From the NCBI GenBank assembly GCA_963751645.1, contig CAVVVD010000008.1:13480-77479 (forward strand): a stretch of 64,000 nucleotides of DNA, written 5' to 3'. This stretch comes from Methanomassiliicoccaceae archaeon (GTDB taxonomy: Archaea; Thermoplasmatota; Thermoplasmata; Methanomassiliicoccales; UBA472). The stretch's first letter is position 1. The number at the start of each line of letters is the position of its first letter. Positions 46,498 to 56,329 of this stretch are shown piece after piece. The notes below the pieces were generated by a model, which saw only the letters and a list, made by a program, of their open reading frames with translations, searched no databases and was not told where the DNA came from. The translations under genes were made by a program, and so were the position numbers.

Positions 46498-47616
46498 ATG
46501 GCTGATAGTCTATTCGGGTCAGCGACATTCTCCTGGGACGACCAGGACAAACGCGGCAACATCATGTACAGGTTGCCTCGCAACATAAAGTTGAACGATA
46601 ACATAGTGGTGAGAGAGGACGAGATAGCTGCCTTCTACCGCGATGGTAAGGTATTGGCCTATTTCGACCGGCCGGACCGTTACGCATTGACCAGCCAGAA
46701 CGCCCCTATCGTGGGGAAGCTGGTGAAGGCACTTTCAGGTGTCCAGCAGCTTGCCGAGGTCGTCTATCTTCAGAAAAGGGCGTTCGATGGCAAGTTCGGC
46801 TCCAAGCAGCCCTACCAGTTCCGGGACAAGGAGTTCGGGATGGTCAACCTCCGCGTGTTCGGCGAATTCCGTTACAAAGTGGCCAATCCAGAGAACTTCA
46901 TCAACCAGTTCGTCGGGACGTTCAACTTCGCCACCTCGGCCGAGGTGGAGGAACGCATCAAGGAACAGATGGTGGTGCTGATCTACAGCTCGATCGGCGA
47001 GATGAAGAACGATGGGATGGGGGTGCTCGACCTGGGGGCGAGCCTCACCAACATAGAGCAGTCCGTGCTGTCCAAGTGCAATGACCACTTCGAGCTTTAT
47101 GGCGTGGGGATCGACAAGATCTCCGGCATGTACATCTCGATGCCCGATGAGGTGCAGAAGGCAGTGGACACCCGGGCCTCCATGCAGGCGCTGGGCACCA
47201 ACTACATGCAGTACCAGTCCGGGCAGGCGATGCGTGAGGCCGCGCAGAACACCTCGGGTGGGGCAGCTGGTGTGGGTGTAGGTGTAGGGGCGGGCGTGGG
47301 CCTAGGCTACACCATGGTCGATCAGATGCGCTCAGCATCGATGGCACCCCCGCCAATGCAAGGGTCTCAGGGCATGGTCCCCTGTCCCAAGTGCGGGACG
47401 CAGAACCTGGCCGGGGCGAAGTTCTGTTCCAACTGCGGGGCGAAGATGGTCGCGGACATGGTCAAATGTCCCAAGTGCTCCAGCGCTGTCGCTGCCGACG
47501 CCAAGTTCTGCGCGGAGTGCGGGAACCCCATGCAGGCCAAGAAGAAATGTCCCAAGTGCGGAACGGAATCACCGGCCAGCGCCAAGTTCTGCCCAGAGTG
47601 CGGGACGACCTTCTGA
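46498..47616 (+). CDS. SPFH/band-7 domain protein with three C-terminal zinc ribbons (YdjI / COG4260-like)
   Basis: 372 aa. The SPFH-like core (IVVREDEIAAFYRDGKV...VNLRVFGEFRYKVANPENFINQFVG...) is followed by a Gly/Val-rich linker and then CPKCGTQNLAGAKFCSNCG, CPKCSSAVAADAKFCAECG and CPKCGTESPASAKFCPECG. Confidence 0.8.
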   Translation: MADSLFGSATFSWDDQDKRGNIMYRLPRNIKLNDNIVVREDEIAAFYRDGKVLAYFDRPDRYALTSQNAPIVGKLVKALSGVQQLAEVVYLQKRAFDGKFGSKQPYQFRDKEFGMVNLRVFGEFRYKVANPENFINQFVGTFNFATSAEVEERIKEQMVVLIYSSIGEMKNDGMGVLDLGASLTNIEQSVLSKCNDHFELYGVGIDKISGMYISMPDEVQKAVDTRASMQALGTNYMQYQSGQAMREAAQNTSGGAAGVGVGVGAGVGLGYTMVDQMRSASMAPPPMQGSQGMVPCPKCGTQNLAGAKFCSNCGAKMVADMVKCPKCSSAVAADAKFCAECGNPMQAKKKCPKCGTESPASAKFCPECGTTF

Positions 47617-47630
47617 TCTGAGGTCATCGG

Positions 47631-48374
47631 ATGGCGAACATCTCCTGCCCCAAGTGCGGGGCACCAGTGGAGTTCGATGTAAAGGACATGCTGGTCCGGT
47701 GCAACTATTGCTCCACTGGCATCTACATCGACCGCAGTGGGGCAGGTTTCTATTACATCCTGCCCTTCACGATGGACGACAATGCGGTGATCGGCACCTT
47801 CCGCCGTTGGGCGGCCGGTTCGACGAAAGCGAAGGACCTGGACCGCCTGGCCCAGGTGCGCTCAATCAAGAGGCAGTTCTTCCCGGTCTACCTGTTCAAG
47901 AGGGACCAGGGAGGCGTGGAAAGGGTAAACGTGGAACCGGCCGCGTCCACCACGTTGCCGGGCCTGCACTCGCTCAAGGTCCCGGCGGGCGATATGCGGG
48001 TGTTCGACAAGAACTTCGATGCCCAGGGCGTGGAGATGATCAAGCCAGACATCGAGATGCTCCCATATCTCAACCAACTCCCCGGGACCGCGAAGGAGCA
48101 AGCACTGGTGTTCTTTCCCATCTTCATCCTGGAATACAGTTTCAACGGGACCGACTGGAAGGCAGTGTTGTCTGGTACCTCTGGAGAGGTGTTCGCCGCT
48201 GAGTTCCCGAAGCGATCCTCCGCTTCATATGTCACCGTGGCAGGGATCGGGTTCCTAGCATTCATCGCAGAGGGATTCATAGCGCTGGCGGCCCCGGCCT
48301 TGGCATTGGGCCTTATGGGGGCGACCATCGCAGGTGTCTTCCTGGCGTCCCTGTTCGTGGCAAGGAGGTTCTAG
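47631..48374 (+). CDS. Zinc-ribbon membrane protein, paralog 1
   Basis: 247 aa. N-terminal ISCPKCGAPVEF...VRCNYCST, internal FFPVYLF and FFPIFILEYSFNG...GTSGEV motifs, and C-terminal TM helices. Confidence 0.65.
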   Translation: MANISCPKCGAPVEFDVKDMLVRCNYCSTGIYIDRSGAGFYYILPFTMDDNAVIGTFRRWAAGSTKAKDLDRLAQVRSIKRQFFPVYLFKRDQGGVERVNVEPAASTTLPGLHSLKVPAGDMRVFDKNFDAQGVEMIKPDIEMLPYLNQLPGTAKEQALVFFPIFILEYSFNGTDWKAVLSGTSGEVFAAEFPKRSSASYVTVAGIGFLAFIAEGFIALAAPALALGLMGATIAGVFLASLFVARRF

Positions 48375-48375
48375 G

Positions 48376-49380
48376 ATGGCGATCGAGGTCAGTCTGAACT
48401 GTCCCGCGTGCGGTGGCGCGGTCAAGGTGGAGGAGGGACGCACGGTCCTGAACTGTCAGTATTGTGGCTCCGCCCTGTTCATCGAGGGGGATGCGGGCGT
48501 GATCACCATCGCCTTCAAGAACAACATGACCAAGGACCAAGCATCCTCCCTGTCCCAAGGATGGTTCCGCAAGGGTTGGAAGGCCAGGGACCTGTCCACC
48601 AAGGGAAAGGTACTGGAGGCCTATCCTATCTATCTGCCATTCTGGAGCACCAACATCAGGGTGGTCGGTTGGATCTGCGGCTATGAGGAAAGGACGCATA
48701 GCGACTCCAAGGGGCGTACGCACACGGAGCGCATACCCAAGGAGGAGCTGATCCTCCACGATTACCCCATCTCCGAGATCGCCTGCGATCCAGGGGACCT
48801 TGGCATCAAACACGTTCGAAACTTCACTGGTGAGCGTGCCCTCGAGGATTTCACCATGATACCCACCTACGAGGCGACGACCAGCAAGGACCAGGCCATG
48901 GACCATATGAAGGCCGAGGCGGTCACCAACGCAAGGAAGGAATCCAACGTCCCCCATATCACATTCGAGCGACTGCACGTCCTACCCAGGCCCATGAGCA
49001 TGATGTACTATCCCATTTGGGTGGTCCGATATTCCTACAACGAGAACATGTACTTCTACACCATGGACGGGGTGACGGGCAGCGTGATATCGGGAAGGGC
49101 CCCGGGAGACTCGCTGTATCAGGCCTTGGCCATCACAGCCGGGACATCCATTGGGGGGATCATAGCGGGATTGGGCATAGCATCGGCGGTCCCGGAGTTC
49201 GCGATCGGCGGGCTGGTGTTCGGCTCCATCATCTTCTTCCTCATGTACAATTTCTTCAGACATGGGTCGGAGATAATCGAGGGTGACTTCGACGATAAGA
49301 AATACGGGGTCAAAGGGGTCAAGAGCGTCTTGCATGTCGCCGATGCCTTGAAGCTGCTACCTTTTGACCTGAGGCGGTGA
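48376..49380 (+). CDS. Zinc-ribbon membrane protein, paralog 2
   Basis: Start at MAIEV, preceded by AGGAGG. LNCPACGGAVKV...LNCQYCGS, YPIYLPFW, and YYPIWVVRYSYNENMYFYTMDGVTGSVISGRAP. C-terminal TM helices. Confidence 0.65.
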   Translation: MAIEVSLNCPACGGAVKVEEGRTVLNCQYCGSALFIEGDAGVITIAFKNNMTKDQASSLSQGWFRKGWKARDLSTKGKVLEAYPIYLPFWSTNIRVVGWICGYEERTHSDSKGRTHTERIPKEELILHDYPISEIACDPGDLGIKHVRNFTGERALEDFTMIPTYEATTSKDQAMDHMKAEAVTNARKESNVPHITFERLHVLPRPMSMMYYPIWVVRYSYNENMYFYTMDGVTGSVISGRAPGDSLYQALAITAGTSIGGIIAGLGIASAVPEFAIGGLVFGSIIFFLMYNFFRHGSEIIEGDFDDKKYGVKGVKSVLHVADALKLLPFDLRR

Positions 49381-49384
49381 TGAG

Positions 49385-49969
49385 ATGAAAGTGGTGCAGG
49401 TCAAGTGCCCCCAATGCGGTATTGCCATCCAGTCCAAGGTCCTGGACCAGTTGTTCTTATGCGATAACTGCCATGCCATGCACAGTCGGAACGGAGGGGT
49501 TAACCTCGTCCCGTATGAGGTGGCAGACGTCAAACGATCGAACACGGGCCAGATATCGTACTACCCCTTCTGGAGGGTCCTGTGCACGGTGACTATAAAA
49601 GACTCGAACGTGGCGGGCGGGTCCCTCTACAAACTGTCCAAGTTCATGAAGGGGGGGAGCAACACCGGGACATTCAACGTCTTCGTACCCGCCAGCGAGA
49701 TGGGCGTCGGAATGACGAAGCAGTTGGCCATGAGCCTCACCTATGAACCTCCACGTTACGATGTCCGTCCGGACTTCGGCGGTAGGCAGAGGATCGGTTC
49801 CACCATCACAAAGAATGAGGCGGAGGAGCTGGCCGACTTTGTCATCGTTTCTATGGAGGCAGAGAAACCTGGGGTCCTGCAGAGCCTATCCTATGATCTG
49901 AAGGTGAACGAGGTCAAGCTCCTCTACCTGCCATTCGTCAGCGGGACCACCCTCGCTCCAGCCTGGTAG
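49385..49969 (+). CDS. Zinc-ribbon protein, paralog 3 (no TM segment)
   Basis: 194 aa. VKCPQCGIAIQS...FLCDNCHA and YYPFWRV. A 4-nt gap follows paralog 2. Confidence 0.6.
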   Translation: MKVVQVKCPQCGIAIQSKVLDQLFLCDNCHAMHSRNGGVNLVPYEVADVKRSNTGQISYYPFWRVLCTVTIKDSNVAGGSLYKLSKFMKGGSNTGTFNVFVPASEMGVGMTKQLAMSLTYEPPRYDVRPDFGGRQRIGSTITKNEAEELADFVIVSMEAEKPGVLQSLSYDLKVNEVKLLYLPFVSGTTLAPAW

Positions 49970-50045
49970 TGGGGTCGACAGCACTGAATGTCATTGATAT
50001 CCTCCGGTTAATATACGAGTGGCCTCATAGGAAGCGAAAGATCGG

Positions 50046-53000
50046 ATGAGCGCAATGAGGAAACTTGCCCTGTCCCTGATGCTGGTGGGGTTGTTGCTCG
50101 CAGCGACGTTCATCGCTCCCACAGTGACCTCAGGGGCGGCACCGTCCTCCGACCACGGCTCTTTGACCGCTGATGAGCGATGGGGTCGGATGGAGACCTT
50201 CGATGATGTTCCGACGGGAACGACCGAAGGTTCCGATGGGCTCACATTCCATTCCTCCGAGGCCACCGACATCGTGTTCTTGGATGGTGGCCTTTGGGTC
50301 ATGTTCCGAGGCAACGAGTCACGGGAGATCGTGCGCTATGAACCGATCGTCCCGCAAATGGGATGGAACATTTCATTCGAGGCCTTCGCCCCCCGAGAGG
50401 GAAGTTCCTATTATGGTGCTGGCAAGGAGCCAGGCAGATACTCCCTGATCTCCGGCATCCTTGATATCAATGGATCGGTCCTGGCCAGTGTTGACCTCCG
50501 CGTCGGTGGGAGGGACCAGGAGGGGATATACATCCTCTCGGAACAGAGCCCATCGTGGAACAAGGTGGGAACGGACATCCTTCCAGCCTATTCCAGGGAT
50601 ACGAGCAGGGAGGCGTACTTACCAGACCGATATACCGTGTCCTACGCTTATGATGGGCAAGAGCTCAATGTCACCGTCATCCATTCCTTGGTCGGTATCG
50701 TATTCACTCACTCGATAGATGTCGAAGGAAGGGATGTAGCCCCTGTCCTACATATCAGCGAGGAGACGGTGATATCCCCCTTGCTGACCATCTTTGGCGA
50801 CTATGGCAACAACGGGGGATGGATGCTGGACAACTTTGCGGCAAGGCCGACCGGCTCACCCTATCCTCGCATTTCGCCCCTCTTGGAGACCGTGCGAGTG
50901 GACGATCCCCTCTGGTTGAGCATCATCGATGAAAATGGGATAGCGATCACCGATGCGAACGTGAGCTTGGGAGCGATAAGGTCCGCATTTGTCCCGTCCA
51001 ACGGGAGATATCAGGCAATGTTGCCCCGATCGGTCGATTGGGCGGTCCCAACCTCGTACCTCATCGAGCTGCCATATATGACGATAGAGGGCAAAATGAA
51101 GGTGACCACCAACTTCCATGATGAGGGCCTCGCGGTGTCTCAATGGTGGAATGGTTGGGACTGGGCCACCGTGTTCGGGCTGGACGATTGCGTGGGACCG
51201 TTGTCGGCATTGGAGCACTATGCCGCCTTCGACCATCCGACCACCGCCTATGTTATGAGCCTGGTCGGGGAGTCGAGCGAGATCCTTGCCACCGATTCGG
51301 AGATCGGGATGCACAATCCCCACGATTATGTGACATGGATGAAGAAGTCCTGGCCGGAGTCGATGGATTCGGCTGAGGAAAATCAGCGGATGTTCCGCGG
51401 CGAGTATGAATATGCGAGCCGATGGGACCGGCCCAGCAGCGGCGGGATGGGGGACACGTACATATCCCTCGCCAATCCCGGCAACAGCGCCACCTACCAG
51501 ATGATGTTCGCCCAATACCTTGCGGGAACGAGGATCGAAGGGATCGGCTCCAACAATTACAACGGGGTCCCGGGCAACTCCACCTGGATAGGGAGCTACT
51601 ATCTTTATGATGGATGGAGCTCGGACCATAATGTGAGCTGGTCCCCCTTGACGATGATGGACCTCATGGACGCGGCCAGACTATGGTCGACGGACAACCA
51701 GGACCAATCCTATGAGCAGACCATTGACAGGTTCTCCCAGTTGGCGGAGCGCTCCGGTCTTCTCAGAGTGTACGGTCATCCAGAGTACCGCATCATCGGT
51801 GAAGGATATCGGAACGTGACCGCCATCCTCGATTACCTTGACGATATCAAGACCGATGGCTCGCCAGAGAACTGGAAGGCCACGGACGGGGAGGTGGCGA
51901 GCTACATCTATGGCAGTAGGACCACCCAGGCCACATTGAACACGGCGGAGAGCCAGAATGGCGTCCTGGTATATGATGTGGAAAGGAAGGACCCCCGTGC
52001 TATCGGGTTACTGGAACGTTCCCATCACTCTCCAGCTGAACACTGGTGGTGCGAAGGTGATCGAGGTTAAGGTCGTCGAGGGGAACCGGACCTACAGCTC
52101 CCTTGGGACCAGCGATCAAGCCCTCCCATTCCTCGATCAGGCGAGGGTGATGGATTGTGGCTATGACATACGCGATGACCTTTTCGTTTCACAATATTGG
52201 AACGGGTCGGCAAAACTGATCGTCAAACTGGAGACCCCAGTCATCCTCAATGAGGCTCCCAGGATCGGACTGGTGGATCAAATGTACAACTTCACGGCAA
52301 TGGCAACATTCCCCGACTCGGGACATAACATCTGGACACTTTACGGGGAGGACGCCCCCTGGCTCACCATGACCGCGACATCAGAGAGCAAGTGCACCGT
52401 TCAGGGCATCCCGACCGTGCTGGGAAGATACCCTGTTTCTTTGATGGTGCAGGATGGAAACACCAAGAGCTATCTCAACTGGACCATAAATGTCGGTGAT
52501 GAACCCGATGTCACCGTTCCCGTCACAATGATAAGCTCGTCGGGGAACATGTCGACATGGAACGACCGGGATTTGACCATCGCCCTGGTATCTGAGGACC
52601 AATGGAGCGGGGTATGGTGGACATCCTATCGCATAGATAGCGGACCCTGGCATACTTACGATGTCCCATTGCTGTTCAGCGAGATGGGATGGCACCGCCT
52701 GCAGTATCGGTCCATCGACAACGCCGGTAACCAGGAATCGGTCGCTTCGGTGGAGTTCGGCATAGATTACCTTCGTCCAGAGGTGGAAGTGATGACCATG
52801 AACGGTACCATGTTCCCCAAGGGCGATGCCAAGGTAGTCCAGGTGGCGTGGGACAACACTTCCTCGTTGACCAAAATGGAGGTGATGGTGGACGACCAGA
52901 TCGTCTACAGCGGGCCATACATAGTATCGGTGCAAATGCCTGGGTTGGCCTCAGGTGACCGTGAGGTGACGGTCGTTGTGCACGATGCCGCAGGCAACGA

Positions 53001-53149
53001 AGGATCTGACAGCATATCGATAGTGGTGGGTTCCCTGCCGGTCCTCGCCCGGTGTGAACGGAATGGTGTTCCTGGGAGGTTGCCTTGTGGTCCTCTTGAG
53101 CATCGTCCTTGTGGTCCAGATGGGAATTTCCAGGAAGGACCGGAAGTAA
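50046..53149 (+). pseudogene. Large secreted/cell-surface protein with a C-terminal TM anchor, interrupted by two frame shifts
   Basis: Signal peptide MSAMRKLALSLMLVGLLLAATFIAPTVTSG. Frame 0 runs to ...VLVYDVERKDP and the reading continues in frame 1 (VLSGYWNVPITLQL...) across a C5 run at 51992-51996. Near 53024-53055 the natural end (NGMVFLGGCLVVLLSIVLVVQMGISRKDRK-stop at 53147-53149) is in frame 2. Ig-like and cadherin-like segments are present. Confidence 0.6.
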
Positions 53150-53207
53150 GCGTCTTTACGAGGCTGGCAAGAGCAAGATTGATAAAGGGTTCCTCCATTG
53201 ATTACGG

Positions 53208-53797
53208 CATGGCGGAATCCCGTTCCAACCTCAAGATCGTCATCGTCGTCGCGGTGGTCGCGATCTTGGTGTTAATGATCGCTATGGGTGGTGCTGGCCT
53301 ATAACAGCACTGTTTCCAACCAGCAAGATGTCGATTCGAAAGAGTCGCAGATTCAAGAACCGATACACCACCAAGATGGACACCTTGGGACCTCTTCTGG
53401 ACCAGGTGGAATCGTATAAGGTCTATGAATCCACATTGTTGCAGAACATCACAGATCTCCGCACCCGTTGGTATGAGGCCATAGATAACGGAGCGAACGA
53501 CACTGATATCTGTCCAACATAAGCACCCAGATCGACACACAGTTCGGGACGGTCCTGGCGACACCTGGGAGAACTATCCCGTGCTTACCGCCTCCGCCAT
53601 CGTGAGCCAATACATGGGCGAGGTGGTCGGACCAGAACGAGGCATTGTCATACTCCCGGTTGCAATACAATGAAGCGGTGAGGGATTACAATTCCGGAAT
53701 CAAATCGTTCCCCATGATGCTGTTCGCATCCTCCTTCGGTTTCGATGAGAGGGAATACTGGGGCAGTGAGCGGCCCGGAGATGGGAGCAACCTCTGA
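53208..53797 (+). pseudogene. LemA family gene with multiple frame shifts
   Basis: The TM start MAESRSNLKIVIVVAVVAILVLMI (frame 1) is followed by YNSTVSNQQDV (frame 2). NRYTTKMDTLGPLLDQVESYKVYESTLLQNITDLR is in frame 0 and WENYPVLTASAIVSQYMGE in frame 1. LQYNEAVRDYNSGIKSFPMMLFASSFGFDE-stop is in frame 2. The LemA hallmarks (YN..V, E.YP.L.A, YN.AV..YN..I..FP) are therefore spread over several frames. Confidence 0.6.
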
Positions 53798-53808
53798 GAA
53801 GGTCTGCG

Positions 53809-54556
53809 ATGAATGGACGTCAGCGTAACGCCGCCATCGCAGCGGTGGTCATCATCAGTGTGGTCCTTGCCGCCGTCCTCTTCGTGGCATATCCCGCCCC
53901 GAAGGACGATTACTCGGGGATACCCACCATCAGCCCCTACGTCAATGACGATGTGGGCGTGCTCATCGATGAGGACTATTACGACCTGGAGGACTTCTGT
54001 TATGAGGTGGAGCTCAACAACTCCTGCGAGATCGCCCTTCTGATAGTGGACGACCTAGGCGATTATGACCTGAACACATTCGCGCTCCAAACCTTCGAGA
54101 AGAACGGCATCGGCCAGGAAGGACAATGACAACGGTGTCCTGGTCGTCTTCTTCGTCAATGAAACGTTGGTACGTTGGCGCACAGTTACTGGGAGTGGGA
54201 TCATGGACATCCTCTCCGGGTTCGTGCTGAAGGGGTTCGAGAACGATTATCTGATCCCGCAGATGGAACAGGGGGACCTGTCCTATGGCATCACATTGTA
54301 CGTCTACGCCATCGGCCTGGAGCTGGTCGACAATTACGTTTCAGAGGGTAACGATCCCGGTAATGACTATCCCATTTGGTTCATCCCACTAAGCGGCTGG
54401 CAGTTGACCCTGGCCGCCATAGGCATAGTCGCCTTGGTGGTCATCACCAGGGGGAGGGCCATCCTCTGGATATTTTTCCTATTCTCCCGAGGCGGTGGAG
54501 GCGGTCGCTTCGGGGGCGGGGGGACGGGCGGCGGTGGATCAAGAGGTCGATATTAG
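53809..54556 (+). pseudogene. TPM-domain (YgcG-like) membrane protein with one frame shift near 54120
   Basis: Frame 1: TM + YVNDDVGVLIDED...EIALLIVDDLGDYDLNTFALQTFEKNGIGQEGQ-stop. It continues as DNDNGVLVVFFVNE...GSGIMDILSG... in the next frame. It ends with a TM helix and a Gly-rich tail. Confidence 0.65.
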
Positions 54557-54640
54557 ACGAAAACACCAGTTAGAATAAACGAATATAGAATTTTACGAAT
54601 CATTTTATAACGCACATCATCCTATTTATCGATCAGGGGA

Positions 54641-55485
54641 GTGGATATGGGTCAATTTGCGAGGGCTTGGCAGTTACCAAAATTGAGCTGGCATGTCATC
54701 AAGACGGACAAATCGCTATTGGCCTTCCCGATAATCTCGGGGACGTTGAGCATCATCGCATTCATCATGATAGTGGCACCGTTCATGTTCTTCATAGGAA
54801 TGGACACGATGTTCGAGAACAACGGTCTCCTGATGGCCTTGATGTTCATACTGGTGTACTTCGTCATCTACTTCCTGGCGATCTTCTTCCAGGTCGCCAC
54901 CCTCGCCTGCGCGATGCATGTCATGGACGGGAACAATACCACCGTGGCGTATGGTATCAGGTTCGCGGCCGGGAAGACCAAGTATATTTTCCAATGGGCC
55001 GTCATCTCCACCGTGGTCGGGTTCATCCTGTCCAGGATACGCCAGGCCGGATTTTCGGGGGATTGCTCAGCTTATTCGCGGGTCTTGCCTGGGGGATCGC
55101 GACATTCTTCGTGGTCCCTGTGATGGTCTTCGAGAACGTCGGTCCTTTCGAAGGGATCAAACGGAGCGTAACATTGGTGCGGTCCACCTTGGGCCCGACG
55201 CTCATATCGAATCTGAGCATCGCCTTGATTTTCGTGCTCCTTTTCCTCCTGGGGTTGGTGGTATTCATTCCCTTAGCGGTGTTGCTTTCGAGCTCATGGC
55301 TTTCCCTGGGGGTCCTTATCGGTTTACTGGTCTATACGATGGTCATCCTTGTGTTGGGCTCACTAATCAGTAAGGTGCTAATAGCCGTCCTCTACCGTTA
55401 CGCCATGACTGGAAAGGCCTACATGGAGGTCGACAAGGTGTTGATGCAAACTCCAGGCTTCAGTCCCACCCCCAAGTCGCCTTGA
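54641..55485 (+). pseudogene. DUF6159-like polytopic membrane protein with one frame shift near 55045
   Basis: The N-terminal part (GQFARAWQLPKLSWHVIKTDKSLLAFPIISG...) and the C-terminal part (GRIFGGLLSLFAGLAWGIATFFVVPVMVFENVGPFEGIKRS...) are in different frames and join at a G/C/T homopolymer cluster. Confidence 0.55.
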
Positions 55486-55559
55486 GGCAGGCTATTTACA
55501 TATGAATGGGGATGTTGTTCGATCAGGTCCGAATGAGGCAGTCCACTGGAGATGATGTT

Positions 55560-56289
55560 ATGGCTGACGACATTGGTGAGAGGTTCTGGGCCGAGACGAA
55601 GCACCGACGGGATAGGGGCGCTGGAAGGGCGCTCGATTGGGACTCGAAGCCTGAGACCTACAAGGAATATCCGAACGCTTACCCGGACCAAGCTACCTCC
55701 TCCAGGGGTCAGCAAGGGTCTGAGCTTCGAGGAGGTCCTCCTCGCCAGACGAAGTGGAAGGTCCTATTCCCATGAGGAGATCGACATGGCGGAGCTCTCG
55801 TATCTGCTCACCTATAGCACGGGGATGACCAGGCGGGATCGGGGTCATGAGTTCAGGGTGGTCCCATCCGCCGGGGCGCTCTATCCCATCGAGACATACC
55901 TTTGCATCAACCGGGTGAAGGGTGCGGGTCCCGGCATCTATCACTATGGCATTCGTGGACACGAACTGGAAAGACTTCGAGAGGGCGAGAACGGGGATCA
56001 CATGGCCGCCTCCGCCCTCGATCAAGACATGGTGGCCGATTCAGCCGTCACCTTCGTCTGGACCGCGATGTTCCCAAGACAGATGTGGAAATATGGTCAG
56101 AGGACGTTCCGTTATGTCGACCTCGATGCTGGCCACATCGGTCAGAACCTCGCTCTAGCATGCGCCGCCCAGGGATTGGCGGCATGTCATATCGCCGCCT
56201 TCTACGACGATGAGGTGAACGCGCTCCTAGGGGTGGACGGCATCGATGAGTCCGTGGTCTACATGACGGCGGTCGGACGACCGAGATGA
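55560..56289 (+). pseudogene. SagB/ThcOx-type nitroreductase-family dehydrogenase with a frame shift near 55680
   Basis: The N-terminal MADDIGERFWAETKHRRDR...WDSKPETYKEYPNA is in frame 0. The remainder (TRTKLPPPGVSKGLSFEEVLLARRSGRSY...PSAGALYPIE...DAGHIGQNL...) is in frame 1. Confidence 0.65.
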
Positions 56290-56329
56290 TTGAATAGGCG
56301 TCATGCGTTCCGAGGGACCAGGTGAATGT

